DNA of 64,000 bases from Octopus vulgaris (GCA_951406725.2 OX597825.1:72478001-72542000); one strand, 5' to 3'. Counted from the stretch's first letter, positions 14,634 to 27,960 are shown. Program-made: numbers and translations. Notes: generated by a model from the letters alone, not told the origin.

Positions 14634-15447
14634 TACGCAATCTTTGTTCACTAGAAGAAAAAGAGAGTTACAATACAATTTGTAAACATTTCATCATTCA
14701 AGTAGAAAGAATATTATCAGAAACTTCATAGGTATTCATTTTTTAAATACACACACACACACACTAACACACACACTAACACACACACATAATCACACAC
14801 ACATATGTATATTCATATCTTCATATGTTGACGTGCACGAAAAAAAATAATCGATAAAAATCTGAAAACTTGTCTGTTAAACACTCTTAAACATATGGTT
14901 ATTACTTCATGTATGTAAGTAAATATTTCCACCGTGGATTGCAAAATTGCAGTTCTTGTTCATTTGCTGCCAGGGAACTATTAAATACTAACACTAGACT
15001 TGCTGTTTACTGGATATATTTACCTTCTTGTCTGTTGCATTACACCTGCTTTATCACCTTCTCCATTAGTGCGGAGATTATACATTCCAGAATAATGACG
15101 ATGGTTAATACGGCTTTTTGCAGAATAAAATACACGCAGATTGCATTTGGAAGCCATTTTGTTTTTGGCTGTTTGTGTCATTCCTTTCTTCCATAGTTTT
15201 TTTTTTTTTTATCCCAGAGCATTAACGAAATTAATGTAACAAATCAATGTGGGTTAAAAGGGAATTACGATTAAAAAAATATATTTATTTACCAAAGCTG
15301 TGAAAACAATTCATGGCAGAAATAATCCTTGATGTAAGAAAATACAAGCACAGCATTCTAATAATTCGTGTGTTTATACCTGTACACTCACACACACACA
15401 CACGCGTATTTGTTTTAGTAAAGTTATATATGAAAACAAGTAAACAT

Positions 15448-15517
<70 letters not shown>

Positions 15518-15574
15518 GACATAGACAGAGACATATATACATACATATCTTACAGTGGGACCTGTAACAAAACA

Positions 15575-15900
15575 TGTGTCACTAAACAATATTACAGCGG
15601 AATAAAGAAAATTTGAACCTCCGAACTCTCTGCATTCAATCAAACAGTGGCCCCTTAATGTGTTTGCAGTGCCAGTATTCATACCAACATTTGGGCTGCT
15701 TGACTGGACGCTTGATGAGATCCGAGCCATTAATGTGAAAACCCAAGTGATGTAGACAGCATCTACCTAAAGCGAAAATAAGGTGGCAGAGACTTAACAC
15801 CGATCCAAAATGCCTTTGAATGTCGCATCATATCCCTTCGGCAACATCTTTTAACCACCAAGTGTCGAAGTGCATCCCTTGACCAAGTTTGTATACATGA
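15575..15900 (+). mobile_element. R4/Dong-like non-LTR retrotransposon, RT C-terminal fragment
   Basis: LNVFAVPVFIPTFGLLDWTLDEIRAINVKT..SDVDSIYLKRK*GGRDL..IQNAFECRIISLRQHL. Confidence 0.75.
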
Positions 15901-16042
15901 GGCTGATAACATCATAAACTTGGAAAGCAGAAAGGGATGATAGGAAAAAATGGAGAGGGCGAAAAGCGGAGAGAGCGACAGAGAAAATAGGTAGGGATTA
16001 ACGGTTTATTATGATGAAATATATATATATATATATATATAT

Positions 16043-16451
16043 TCTTTTCTTTTATTCTTTTACTTGTTTCAGTCATTTGACTGCGGCCATGCTGGAGCAC
16101 CGCCTTTAGTCGAGCAAATCGACCCCGGGACTTATTCTTTGTAACCCCAGTACTTATTCTATCGGTCTCTTGCCGAACCGCTAAGTGACGGGGACGTAAA
16201 CACACCAGCATCGGTTGTCAAGCGATACTAGGAGGACAAACACAAGCACACAAACATATACACACACACATATACATATACATATATACGACGGGCTTCT
16301 TTCAGTTTCCGTCTACCAAATCCACTCACAAGGCATTGGTCGGCCCGGGGCTATAGCAGAAGACACTTGCCTAAGATGCCACGCAGTGGGACTGAACCCG
16401 GAACCATGTGGTTGGTTAGCAAGCTACTTACCACACAGCCACTCCTGCGCC
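16043..16451 (-). mobile_element. tRNA-derived SINE family A, full length
   Basis: Reverse complement of 52643-53056; A box TGGCTGTGTGG, B box GGTTCAGTCCC, internal microsatellite, tail GGTGCTCCAGCATGGCCGCAGTC...GAAACAAGTAAAAG. Confidence 0.92.
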
Positions 16452-17129
16452 TAGATTTGTAAAAATAATTTAACATATTCAGAATTTCTAACATCGGAAC
16501 ACCTCAGAGTTTGGAGAGTATTGTCGTTGTGAGTATCGATTTGGTGATAATTGATCCCTGATTGGTGTGGAAATAAATATATCTGTCCTCGTTCATCACA
16601 AATGTTCAGCTTCCTAGAAGAAAAAAAAAACGCGTTGAATTAATCAGCGGTAAGTGGATAATAGAAAAACGGATGTCAATCCGATCTCCACACATTGTGA
16701 ACATTGTGGTTGATCGCTGGGGCACCTTTCTTGCTGCCGATGCAAAATCTTTAACTGAAAGTCAATCCGTGTTGTCACAAATCAAATCGAGATATGCTTA
16801 ACACGATTCACAATGAGCATACCGTGTTATCCTGAATCAGCAATGAATGAATCAGTAATAAACAAGGATAGATGTAATAATTATATCTTGTGACAGCGAC
16901 CTCAGCAAAACGGTGATAATAATTGTATGGATTGAATCAACAACATTGTTTTCATTTCCGCTGGGATTCATATTAGTTCAGTGACTTCATTTATGTTCTT
17001 AAGAAATTATTCGAACGTTAGCCTCTCTATTTTTACCCTTTGTTATAAACCTGAAATATTGCGAGTCAAAAATGAAACTTATTTCTCCGTCGCTCGACAT
17101 GGGTGAAATACCAACTAAATTTTCTTTGC

Positions 17130-17335
17130 CCCTTTAGCATTTAAACCGGCCAAATCCGGCCAAAAGTATGTTCAAACTGACCAGATCTGGTCTCTCACAC
17201 TAACCCTACAATATCGTTTTAAAAATTAACAGCTACCTCATCAAAATCTCACAGCTACAATATAATGCCTGATTAGTTCAAAACAGTATGGAGGAAAAAG
17301 CATTAATTTTAGCAGAATAATGTGAACGAAAAGGG
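17130..17335. mobile_element. piggyBac-like MITE, degenerate copy
   Basis: Homologous to 30647-30867; starts CCCTTTAG and ends AAAGGG. Confidence 0.75.
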
Positions 17336-17980
17336 ATGCCTCGTTTTTGAGGGTTTCTTTGTTATATATTTTTTTGCTTTCGCTTTTCTGTTTTGTTTTT
17401 TTTTTAAGAAAAAAGAATAAGACAATGGACGAGTTGACCCTAGATATACAAATGACACGAAATGAACCCGTTTGATAAAAGGTCTGCACGATCACCGTTA
17501 ACATGGAACTAAACAAGAGCTACGACTGGCAGCAGCAAAAAACATCAGCAACGACAATTGAGGTGTTGTTCAGAGTCTAAAGTATTTGTTATTAGTTACG
17601 GATTGCGTAAAGGCGCTAAAGTATTTTGTTATTAGCTAGGGATTGTGTAGAGGCGCTGTAGAATCGAAGTAAGATTCCAAAAGTACCAAGTCAACGACCT
17701 GTTCATATCTAATTATTGCTATTTCAGTTTAATCAAATCACCTATAGAATTGAATAAAGTCGTGGAGTGACGTTTTTCCTTCTCATTTTGATGCAGGCGA
17801 ATTTCTTTCTTAAGAAACGCGAATGGTTAATTGTACTGAACAACTAAATGCGATGACCACTGACGTAGGTATATATATATTTAGAAGTAGAGAATATATA
17901 TACACATATATATATTTATATACATATATATGTACATATATATATACATACATACGTACATACATACATACATACATACA

Positions 17981-18011
<31 letters not shown>

Positions 18012-18013
<2 letters not shown>

Positions 18014-18311
18014 CACCGTGATCGCCGTGACCGACCAGGCTATTAGATGTTGATACACATCGCTGGTTACAATGCGCTTCGCATTGTTTTAGCCTTCAAA
18101 TGACGCCACCCCGCTGGTTAAGTAAGCAGGGCAACAGAAGAAAGACTGGGAGAATGTTGTGGCTAAAGAGTACAGCAAGGATCGCCACCCCACCCCGCTG
18201 CCGGAGTCTCGTGGAGCTTTAGGTGTTTTCGCTCAATAAACACTCTCAACGCCCAGTCTGGGAATCGAAATCGCGAGTCCGCTTCCCTAACCACTGGGCC
18301 ATTGCGCCTCC
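18012..18311 (-). mobile_element. tRNA-derived SINE family D
   Basis: Head GGAGGCGCAATGGCCCAGTGGTTAGGG shared with 45277; its own tail ends GGTCACGGCGATCACGGTGAT. Confidence 0.88.
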
Positions 18312-18370
18312 GTTTATATATATATACATATATATTTTATATATATATATGTGTGTGCGTGTGTGTGTGG

Positions 18371-18412
<42 letters not shown>

Positions 18413-18418
<6 letters not shown>

Positions 18419-18611
18419 TATATAGAAGGAGCTTCTACAGGACTAGAACTGTTTCATTCAAGAGAAATCATCAGGAAGCTCCTGATGATTTCTCTTGAAT
18501 GAAACAGTTCTAGTCCTGTAGAAACTCCTTCTATATAATAAATTAATTTTACTCTGCTATGTATTGAGTACCTTATTTACTGTGGTTAACCCCGAATCAA
18601 CCCGGGACCTA
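18413..18611. mobile_element. Palindromic twin-hammerhead element, copy 1
   Basis: Near-perfect palindrome 18413-18543 centred on AGCT plus a unique tail of about 70 bp, in (TA)n. Intact hammerhead fold on the minus strand (18430-18480) and a mutated one on the plus strand. Confidence 0.8.
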
Positions 18612-18764
18612 CATATATATATATATACATATATATATATATGCAGTGTTCGATGTACGGAAAATCAAAGAGTACCAATATTTATTTTAGGAGGGAATGA
18701 ACCTTTAATGTTCCCCTCATTAATAATTGGACTAATTTTTTTAACTTTGGCAAGAGACATTTGT

Positions 18765-19257
18765 CGATTACATTGAGCTCAGAATTTTAGTGGTACTTTA
18801 TTTTATCGATACGGAAAGGATTGAAGGCGAAGTCAACCTCAGTGCGGTTTGAACTCGAAGCATAAAAAGCTAGAATATATATTCTTTTCTACTCTAGGCA
18901 CAAGACCCGAAATATTTGGGGAGGTGTCCAGTCGATTAGATCGACCACAGTACGTAACTGGTACTTAATTTATCGATCACGTAAGGATGAAAGGTGAAGT
19001 TGACCTCGGCGTAATTTGAACTCAGAACATAAAGACAGATGAAATACCTATTTCTTTATTACCTAAACATAGAGGGGCTAAACATAGAGGGGACAAACAA
19101 GGACAGACAAACGGATTAAGTCGATTATATCGACCCCAGTGAGTAACTTGTACTTAATTTATCGACCCCGAAAGGATAAAAGGCAAAGTCGACCTCGGCG
19201 GAATTTGAACTCACAATGTAACGCCCGGCGTGCTAACGTTTCTGCCAGCTCGCCGCT
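18765..19257 (-). mobile_element. SINE family B tandem cluster
   Basis: Repeated TTTATCGACCCCGAAAGGATGAAAGGCAAAGTCGACCTCGGCGGAATTTGAACTC modules ending at the head CTGCCAGCTCGCCGC. Confidence 0.85.
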
Positions 19258-20251
19258 TTAGATGGATCATTCATTGTAAGGCATTGTGTTCTACACTCTC
19301 ATGATTCTTCTTACTCGCTGCATTATTATCAAAATAGTTTAAAATTTTGGCACAAGGTCAGCAGATATGGGTGGGGGGGTTAGTCGATTACATCAATCAC
19401 TGTCAGGTCGACTGTGCCCTTCATCTTTACGCGGTCGATAACATAAGTACCAGCCAAGTACTGATGATGATGTAATCGACTCCACCCTCCCATCAAAAAC
19501 TGCTAGCTCTGTACCAAAATTTGAAATCTTCATCATCATTATTTTTATATCCTTTTATCTCAACTTAAAGTTACCTCATTCCAATAAGCATTTATAGAAC
19601 AGAACCAGTTTATATGAGTTTGAGTAGCTCCTAGAGATTGTCTCGTTAACTTAATAGGTTAACGAGGTATTAAAAGTCAAAATCAAGTTGGATGTTTCAC
19701 TGAAACTAAATTTAACTTCATCAATTTCCTTTAAAGTTCATTAGAGAAAATTAAATGTAAGAAGCCTTCAAAGCATAAATCCGACATTATCCGTAATTAT
19801 ACGTTGATGTTAAAATTTGCCCCGGGTTTCATCACTGCGTCGATAAATATATGTCCTTGTGCGTTTGCGTGCTTGTTTGTGTGTTTGTGCGCTTGTGCAT
19901 TTAGTTATGTGGCTGTATATAAAATATCTTATTTGGTGTACATGCATGGTGCAATATTTAATTTCTTAAATAGACACAGAGCGTCAGCTTCGGAAACGTC
20001 AGGTAATTAGATAGCGTAACGACCGCAGGGCATAAAAACATGTGCAAGTCAAGACGACGACTGATTCCAATGGAAACCTAACTCTGGAAATTGTTTTGCT
20101 AGAAGCATTATTCTACTCTGTAGAACTTTTCTTTCTCAAAACCGATGATTTAATATCACTTATTTGGTAATTTCCAGTATCCTGAACAAATAAACTCACG
20201 AATGCTATCAGTGTTGCGCGAATTCTCATTCCTAATTGGAACTGTTTCATT

Positions 20252-20301
<50 letters not shown>

Positions 20302-20310
20302 GCACACACG

Positions 20311-20370
<60 letters not shown>

Positions 20371-20656
20371 TACATACATTCATACATGTATGTCTGTATG
20401 TATGTACATGTGTCATATAAAATTGTTGGAGAGATTTTGTCAGAAATGTCTCCGCCACATGTTCAGAATTAGCTGGTCCTCACTCATTCCTGACACTGAA
20501 GCTCTTGCTGAAGTTAGGATCACATGAATCTAAAGCATTCCTGTTAGGAATCAACTATGACAGACAGGCCATCTCATCCATACGGGTAATGAGCGCATTC
20601 TCAAACAGATGACATTTTAAAAACAAATCCGAAAAGCCTTAAATTATCTTACAATA

Positions 20657-20874
20657 TTCCGGAGATGTACTTGCATAGCAAGTGATTTGATCTGAGATCG
20701 TGTGCTGAAACGAAAACAATTGCAGCGTGGAAGGTGTTTGTAAGCCATTTAAGAAACACACAAAAGCCGTACGATTCACTTCAACATTTAAGTTTAAATT
20801 GTCAAAATAGTTTCGTCGCTTTAAGACCGCGATCTGTTCACTGACAAAAATCCGTGCTGCATCTGAGCACGTTG
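20657..20874 (-). mobile_element. 218-bp hammerhead-bearing insertion with 13-bp target-site duplication
   Basis: Perfect direct repeats TTATCTTACAATA at 20644-20656 and 20875-20887 flank it. Confidence 0.7.
20799..20847 (-). ncRNA. Minimal type I hammerhead ribozyme, G3:C8 core variant
   Basis: Minus strand: TTGTCA GTGAACA gaTCGC ggtcttaaa GCGAc GAAA ctat TT TGACAA. Perfect 6-bp stem I, stem II TCGC/GCGA, 1-bp stem III. Confidence 0.62.
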
Positions 20875-21029
20875 TTATCTTACAATAGTCTTCAATCACT
20901 TGCAGCAGATGGTGAAGTGTGGAGAGCTACGGTTTAGAGCAGTGTTAAAGCTTTTGAGCTTGAGAGAGTTAAGGCAAGCTGAAATATTAAGTAAATTTCG
21001 TAAAAAAGATAATAATAATAATAATAGTA

Positions 21030-21073
<44 letters not shown>

Positions 21074-21079
21074 TTCAAT

Positions 21080-21420
21080 GGCGTCGCAGGAGCTTCTCAT
21101 TCCGTCTTTAAATTTTCTTTATGCATAAATGTATGCATATGTCCCGCTGGTTTGAGATCGCACCAGCTTGATCATGTGGTAAGGCATACATGAACTAATA
21201 GAACTGGATTTGCGGATGACCATTTTTAATACGTCTGTCTGTCAAAAAAACCTGCAAGTCATGCGGAGGATAGAAGCAGCATTTGTTCATTAATTTATAA
21301 TAAATAGCGGGAAATGGAGCCAATGCTGGAACGAGACATTGCTGCAGTATATGCGATCAGCTCTTCAAACACCTTTCAGGGCTCAAAACTCATTTACGAT
21401 ATCCTGCTAGGAACGAGCAA
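21080..21420 (+). mobile_element. Probable RTE-clade LINE 3' remnants with C2H2-like motifs
   Basis: CSICDQLFKHLSGLKTHLR (21343-21399) and SLCINVCICPAGLRSHQLDH: isolated degenerate fingers of the kind that ends some RTE ORFs. Confidence 0.4.
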
Positions 21421-21514
21421 CTGAAGGTACAAGAAGAGGTCAAACTGTGCAAACAGCAGACAGCCACCCACACACATACACATACACACATGCTTACATA
21501 CATGCTCTTTTTTG

Positions 21515-21740
21515 TTGCCTCTTTTACTTGATTCAGTCATTTTACAGCTGCCATGCAGGAGCACAGCCTTTAGTCGAGCAAATCGACGCCGGGACTTATT
21601 CTTTGGAAGCCTGGTACTTATTCTATCGGTATTTTTTGCCGAACCGCTAAGTCACGGGGACGTAAACACACGACCATCGGTTGTCAAGCGACGTTGGGGG
21701 AACAAACACAGACGCACAAACATATATACACACACACACA

Positions 21741-21779
<39 letters not shown>

Positions 21780-21862
21780 GACGGGCTTCTTTCAGTTTTC
21801 GGAAATGAACCCGGAACCATGTGGCTGGTAAGCAAGTTACTTACCACACAGCCACTTCTGCG

Positions 21863-21864
<2 letters not shown>
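21515..21864 (-). mobile_element. SINE family A, internally deleted
   Basis: Homologous to 16043-16451 but lacks about 80 bp after the tRNA-like head. Confidence 0.88.
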
Positions 21865-21929
<65 letters not shown>

Positions 21930-21964
21930 TGGGGGAAGCGTCGAATGTTTCGTATTATATACAC

Positions 21965-22280
21965 AAGAAAGTAATATTTCGAACACAGTATAGCCGTGAA
22001 AACAGTAGAAAGATCGGCTATTTTACCTTTATAAGACGGAAAAAATTGTCAGCAGGCACCCACGGGACTCGAACCCGAACCCCTCAGATACCGGCTGACT
22101 TCTCTACCATTAAACTGAACTTAGTTTTTTTTAATTTGACGGAGATTGTTGTCAGCCGGTATATGAGGAGTGCGGGTTCAAGTTCCGTGGGTGTCTACTA
22201 ACAACTTTTTCCATCTTATAAGGGTAAAATACTCAAGCTTTTTGCTGTTTTCAAGGCTGCGTTTACAATATTACTTTCTT
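21965..22280. repeat. Imperfect foldback with tRNA-like arms
   Basis: AAGAAAGTAATATT...ATACCGGCTGAC pairs with GTCAGCCGGTAT...AATATTACTTTCTT. Each arm has a B-box-like GGGTTC(A/G)AGT(T/C)CC. Confidence 0.8.
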
Positions 22281-22367
22281 CTCTCTCTCCCTCTTTCTCT
22301 CTCTCTCTCCCGCTCTCTCTCCCTCTCTCTCTCTCTCTCTTTATATATATATATATATATATATATG

Positions 22368-22472
<105 letters not shown>

Positions 22473-23460
22473 GTAAAGTTGTTTTTTTTACCCTGGAACT
22501 CAAAACTAAAAGTAAGTAAAGCTATGAATAATAACGTTTAAATTTTGGGTCGTGAACTCTTTGGATGGAAAAGGCCGAAAGCTGCAGGTGGGACACGAAT
22601 TCACATCTTCTGTAAACGTGACAGATGTTTTACTATGAAACTAAAGCAATCCTTCCAATTTCTCTATCCATTCTCTATCCGATTTCTCTATCCATTTTTG
22701 TTGCTAATATATATTGAAAAAAGCTATGAACATTACAACTTGACAGTGTTGTCCCCTGATTATGAAAAAAAAAATCAATGCCTGTTAATTCATAAACGTA
22801 AGTAATATATAGACTCTGTTTTTTCGACCAAGAAACGCAGTAAAATTTTATTTATCCAAACATGCTTGACTTGTTTCAAAGAACTTTCTATCGATAGAAT
22901 CTCGAAAGAAACACTGCATGTTAATAAACCCCTTTGAAGCTGAAATACTCTTTAAAGAACCCAAGGTTAGCACATGCATTGATCCGTAGATGTGATCGTA
23001 TATGGTTTTAAATGTCAGAATCGTTATTCCGTTCTCGTCAGATGGGTAGTAGACGAAGAAATCCGTTTCTTATCTTACATTTAGAAAACAGAGCTAACCA
23101 ACGCGTTTATTTGATCGATAATAAGCAGAAAAATCGATTTATTATCGCATTCCGATTGCTGTATATTATGTGTTAAAGTTTCGATATATCATCAATATCT
23201 TACCAACTTGAATGCTTTCGGATTGTGTGGAAAATTCACATTGACAAATTCTGAGGGATCCCCTGTGTGTTGTTTTTAACCGAAGCAACGTTTCAGGTAA
23301 GTTTTTAGATCGCTTTTTCAGATTCGTCGACATCTAACCATCTAAACAACATGGTTCCGGATTTTGACCCACTGTGTAACACCTTGGACAAGTGCCTTCT
23401 CCTATTGCCCCGAGCCGACAGGTGCCTTGTGAATGGATTTGGATGACGGAAACTGCAAAA

Positions 23461-23535
<75 letters not shown>

Positions 23536-23539
<4 letters not shown>

Positions 23540-23718
23540 AAATAATTTTATTCTCAAACGTAGAATAATGCTAATAATATAGCATGAAAAGGATAAACTA
23601 TCCATATTTTCCGGAAAAATTTGTCGGCGGCTAGTTCGAGACTCGACCTCTCATCTCTGTGATTAAGCGTCCAGAGCTTTTTCCATTAAGCTGAACTGCC
23701 TCAACGACAAATTCTTTT
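23536..23718 (-). mobile_element. tRNA-derived short repeat (family E)
   Basis: Reverse complement of 29410-29590; shares TATGGATAGTTTATCCT...ACGTTTGAGAATAAA. Confidence 0.7.
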
Positions 23719-23801
23719 GCAAATTTAGGATATATAAATCTAGCTGTATAAGACCTTAACATACTTTAAATCCAACTTTACTGACTATCAACGTAAGTTG
23801 A

Positions 23802-23866
<65 letters not shown>

Positions 23867-23868
23867 TG

Positions 23869-23924
<56 letters not shown>

Positions 23925-23999
23925 TGTACGTACGTACGTGCGTAAATGTCAAACAATGAGAATGAGTGCTCAACATCTCGGTGGTGGATATATTCTTTA

Positions 24000-24201
24000 T
24001 TTGTGTATTAAGGCTACCATTGGTTTCATATTTAGAAAATATCTTAACAATTCTTCTAAGCAATCACATAAAGATATTGGTGTTTGTCTCCGTTTTGGAT
24101 TAAAAAATGGAGACGAATACCATTTCTCTGCGTGCTCGGTTCAAAGAATTGTTAAGATATTTTCTTAATATGAAACCAATGGTAGCCTTGTTACATACAA
24201 A
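24000..24201. repeat. Foldback with degenerate hammerhead in each arm
   Basis: AAGGCTACCATTGGTTTCATATT.AGAAAATATCTTAACAATTCTT is repeated inverted. Each arm reads ..AAGA-stem II (TGTTAAGA/TCTTAATA)-GAAACCAATGGTA-GCC. Confidence 0.75.
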
Positions 24202-24940
24202 AAAAGTATATGCGTATGAGTATGTGTGTCTTTGTGTTTTTGCTTGTCCCCCATCATCGTATGACAATTGCTGCTGGTTTACTTACGTTTCTGTAAATTA
24301 GCGGTTCGGTACACCAGACCGACAGAAAAAGTATCAGGCTTAAGGAAAAATAATTAATGTGATTGATTTATTGGACTAAAGCTTTTTCAAGCCAATAACC
24401 CAAATTAGCTGCAGTCCAGTGACTGCAACAAGTCAAAGATAAAACGTAAAAAACATTTATATTCACTCACACGATAGACGCACATATTCACTTTGATGAT
24501 GCAATACTCTCGTACACAATAATACGCCTACATCGTTCATATGTACATCAAATCAAAATATTTCCAAATCCAAATATTACCAGTCCAGTAAACATCTTAA
24601 CTCACTCAATCACTCAGTATGTTCAGCATCGTTTCACAAATTTATTAACAACAATAACTTCACTCTATAATTAGTTTAACTCATTGTCTTCAATAAATAT
24701 TCGTTTGATATTCAGATCTCATAACAAAATAATAACCATAATTAAACTATGATAATCTCTGTATGTTTAATTGAAAGATACGTTAATTCTTTCGTGTTTT
24801 CTTTCCGTATCAAACGTATGGTGAACGAAGTTTCTGTCCGCGACTTTATCCAGGTAAGACGGTAAATCTCAAGAGATTTATAAATGGCACAATATTCAAC
24901 TAGTTTCGTGAAGTGAGAAACCATCATTGCATGCATTGTG

Positions 24941-25039
<99 letters not shown>

Positions 25040-25158
25040 GATAGATAGATAGATAGATAGATGGATGGATGGATAGATAGATAGTTAGATAGATAAATAG
25101 ATAGATAGGTAGAGACAGAGAGAGATACACACATACATATATATTTACAGAGAAAGAT

Positions 25159-25203
<45 letters not shown>

Positions 25204-25460
25204 CACACACCCACGCGCGCGCATCTATATGCACATATTCAAAAGAAACTTTTACTGCGTAAAGAAGTTATTTTTTTTGTAGGGAAACATAACGTAGGCG
25301 GGAAAAGAAATGGAAGAACTTACTTATTGACTGCACTATGATTAAAAAATGATTATGCTATGTATAGTCTCTGTTTTTTTAAACTATTTATTATATATAT
25401 ATATTTATTTTTTTTTTTTTATTTTATCTAGTTTCAGCTCACGAGCTGTGGCCATGCTGG

Positions 25461-25495
<35 letters not shown>

Positions 25496-25554
25496 GCACA
25501 CATATACATACAGAAATACATACACACATATACATACATACATATATATATATA

Positions 25555-25643
<89 letters not shown>

Positions 25644-25658
25644 ATATATATATATATG

Positions 25659-25712
<54 letters not shown>

Positions 25713-26838
25713 ATATATGCTTTCGGTGCGGATGTTATTTGGATTTTAATCAATTTATCGTTCTCCACGCGTGATAATATAAAACATCACAATATCAGAT
25801 TGTTCCCGTTTGTTGAGAGATTTATCTAATTATAACCTGTACCAACACAAACATTTCTAAATATCTGATTGAAATTTCTATGGTCGAAATGCAGATTTTC
25901 TAATATTTCGCATTGAATTCATTTGAAAATGAATTCTCTTCTTCCAATTAAGTGGGCATATAAATAATTGCAATTTTGCCTCAGTAATTTGTGCAAGGTG
26001 CATAAATTGACAGGTACATGAATTTGTTCCAGGATGTAGCCTCGTTGGACTAAAATCAAAACATCATTTTATTCATTTAAGTGACTTTAATCTTAAACAT
26101 GTGCGGTCTTTTGTTTCCCGTCTCTAGCTTCTCGGTTGAATGCTTACAAATGTGTAATATTATAGAATAGCCTAGCTTTGAAAGAAAATGTTTGCGATTT
26201 TATCATAAAAGCTATTGTCATCAAGACTATATACTTGGCATATTCATTTCTCTCTCCTTTTCTTTTCATTTATTCAAACCAACTTTATATTTATTTATGG
26301 AAACAAAGAGAGAAAAAACGTTATTATCTTTTCATATTAATTTAAAAAGCAATTCGCGTTGAATCATAAATTGAAATAACATTGTTGAAAATGCCATGGC
26401 AACATTCAATCAGCTGAAATCTGTTGTTTTAATTGTATCTCACTCATTTTATATAATTTATTTCAAAATATTTCTACCCTTGTTCTAGCTGAAAGGCCTC
26501 AAATCAAGTCGAAATTGCAGTCCTTTAATTGTCAAACTGACATATTCTCTCCGGGAGTTATAAGCCCAGAATTATTTCAGAGTAAATCTAGAAATATTCT
26601 TCTCGTACAAAATTAATTAATATGCAGGCGAAGGCAGCGAACCGGACAAAATGCATGGCATTTGTCTGTATTAAGTTTCTGAGTTCAAATTCCGCCAAGG
26701 TCGCCTTTGCTTTTCAACCTTTCAGAATTGACGAATTAACTACCAGTTGGGCACATGTAATTGATGACCCTCTCCTACTACAGCTAATTTCGGGCCTTCT
26801 GTACATAGTACAAAGGATTAGGTAATATGCAGACAAAA

Positions 26839-27256
26839 GGCGGAGAGCTGGCAGACACGTTAGCACGTCGGGCGAAATGCTTAGCGGTATTTCGTCTGCC
26901 GCTACGTTCTGAGTTCAAATTCCGCCGAGGTCGACTTTGCCTTTCATCCTTTCGGGATCGATAAATTAAGTACCAGTTACGCACTGGGGTCGATGTAATC
27001 GACTTAATACCTATGTCTGTCCTTGTTTGTTCCCTCTGTGTTTAGCCCCTTGTGGGTAATAAAGAAATAGGTATTTCGTCTGCCACTACGTTCTGAGTTC
27101 AAATTCCGCCTAGGTCGACTTTGCTTTTCATCCTTTCGGGGTCGATAAATTAAGTACCAGTTATGCACTGGGGTCGACATAATCGACTTAATCCGTTTGG
27201 GCTGTCCTTGTTTGACCCCTCGGCGTTTAGCCCCTTGTGGGTAGTAAAGAAATAGG
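26839..27256 (+). mobile_element. SINE family B head-to-tail dimer with 16-bp TSD
   Basis: One head GGCGGAGAGCTGGCAGA and two bodies joined at AAATAG|GTATTTCGTC. TAGGTAATATGCAGAC occurs at 26819-26834 and 27253-27268. Confidence 0.92.
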
Positions 27257-27376
27257 TAATATGCAGACGTAGAATTGACATAGACAACAGAGCTGTTATG
27301 TCGGATCTCTGCGTTTTAAGTTCAACTCCCAACGAGTCAACTTTGGAACTCGTTCTTTCATGGTCCACAAAATATA

Positions 27377-27586
27377 CTCTCTTTTACTCTTTTACTTGTT
27401 TCAGTCATTTGACTGCGGCCATGCTGGAGCACCGCCTTTAGTCGAGCAAATCGACCCTGTGACTTATTCTTTTGTAAGCCCAGTACTTATTCTATCGGTC
27501 TCTTTTGCCGAACCGCTAAGTTACGGGAACGTAAACACACCAGCATCGGTTGTCAAGCAATGCTAGGGGGACAAACACAGACACAC

Positions 27587-27619
<33 letters not shown>

Positions 27620-27788
27620 CATATATACGACAGGCTTCTTTCAGTTTCCGTCTACCAAATCCACTCACAAGGCTTTGGTCGGCCCGGGGCTATAGCAGAA
27701 GACACTTGCGCAAGGTGCCACGCAGTGGGACTGAACCCGGAACCATATGGTTGGTTAGCAAGCTACTTACCACACAGCCACTCCTGCC
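27377..27788 (-). mobile_element. SINE family A, full length
   Basis: High similarity to 16043-16451. Confidence 0.92.
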
Positions 27789-27960
27789 ACTTATACCGGA
27801 ATTGATATAATGTAACGGTATCTCTCCAGGTTGTTTGCCTTCTGAAACCAACGTGTGCGATGAAACATACCTAGCTGTATCGGTCTTGCCTTTCCTTTGG
27901 ACATTAGTTGTGTGGAGAGACAATGTTTTCATACACTGGCCACTATTAATCTTCCACAAA

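Noticed and set aside
21343-21402. C2H2 zinc-finger gene exon
   Set aside because: Single degenerate finger with no second His and no TGEKP linker; better explained as an RTE LINE C-terminus.
23172-23200. TTGATGA...GAAAC on the minus strand
   Set aside because: No stem I and almost no stem II; likely chance.
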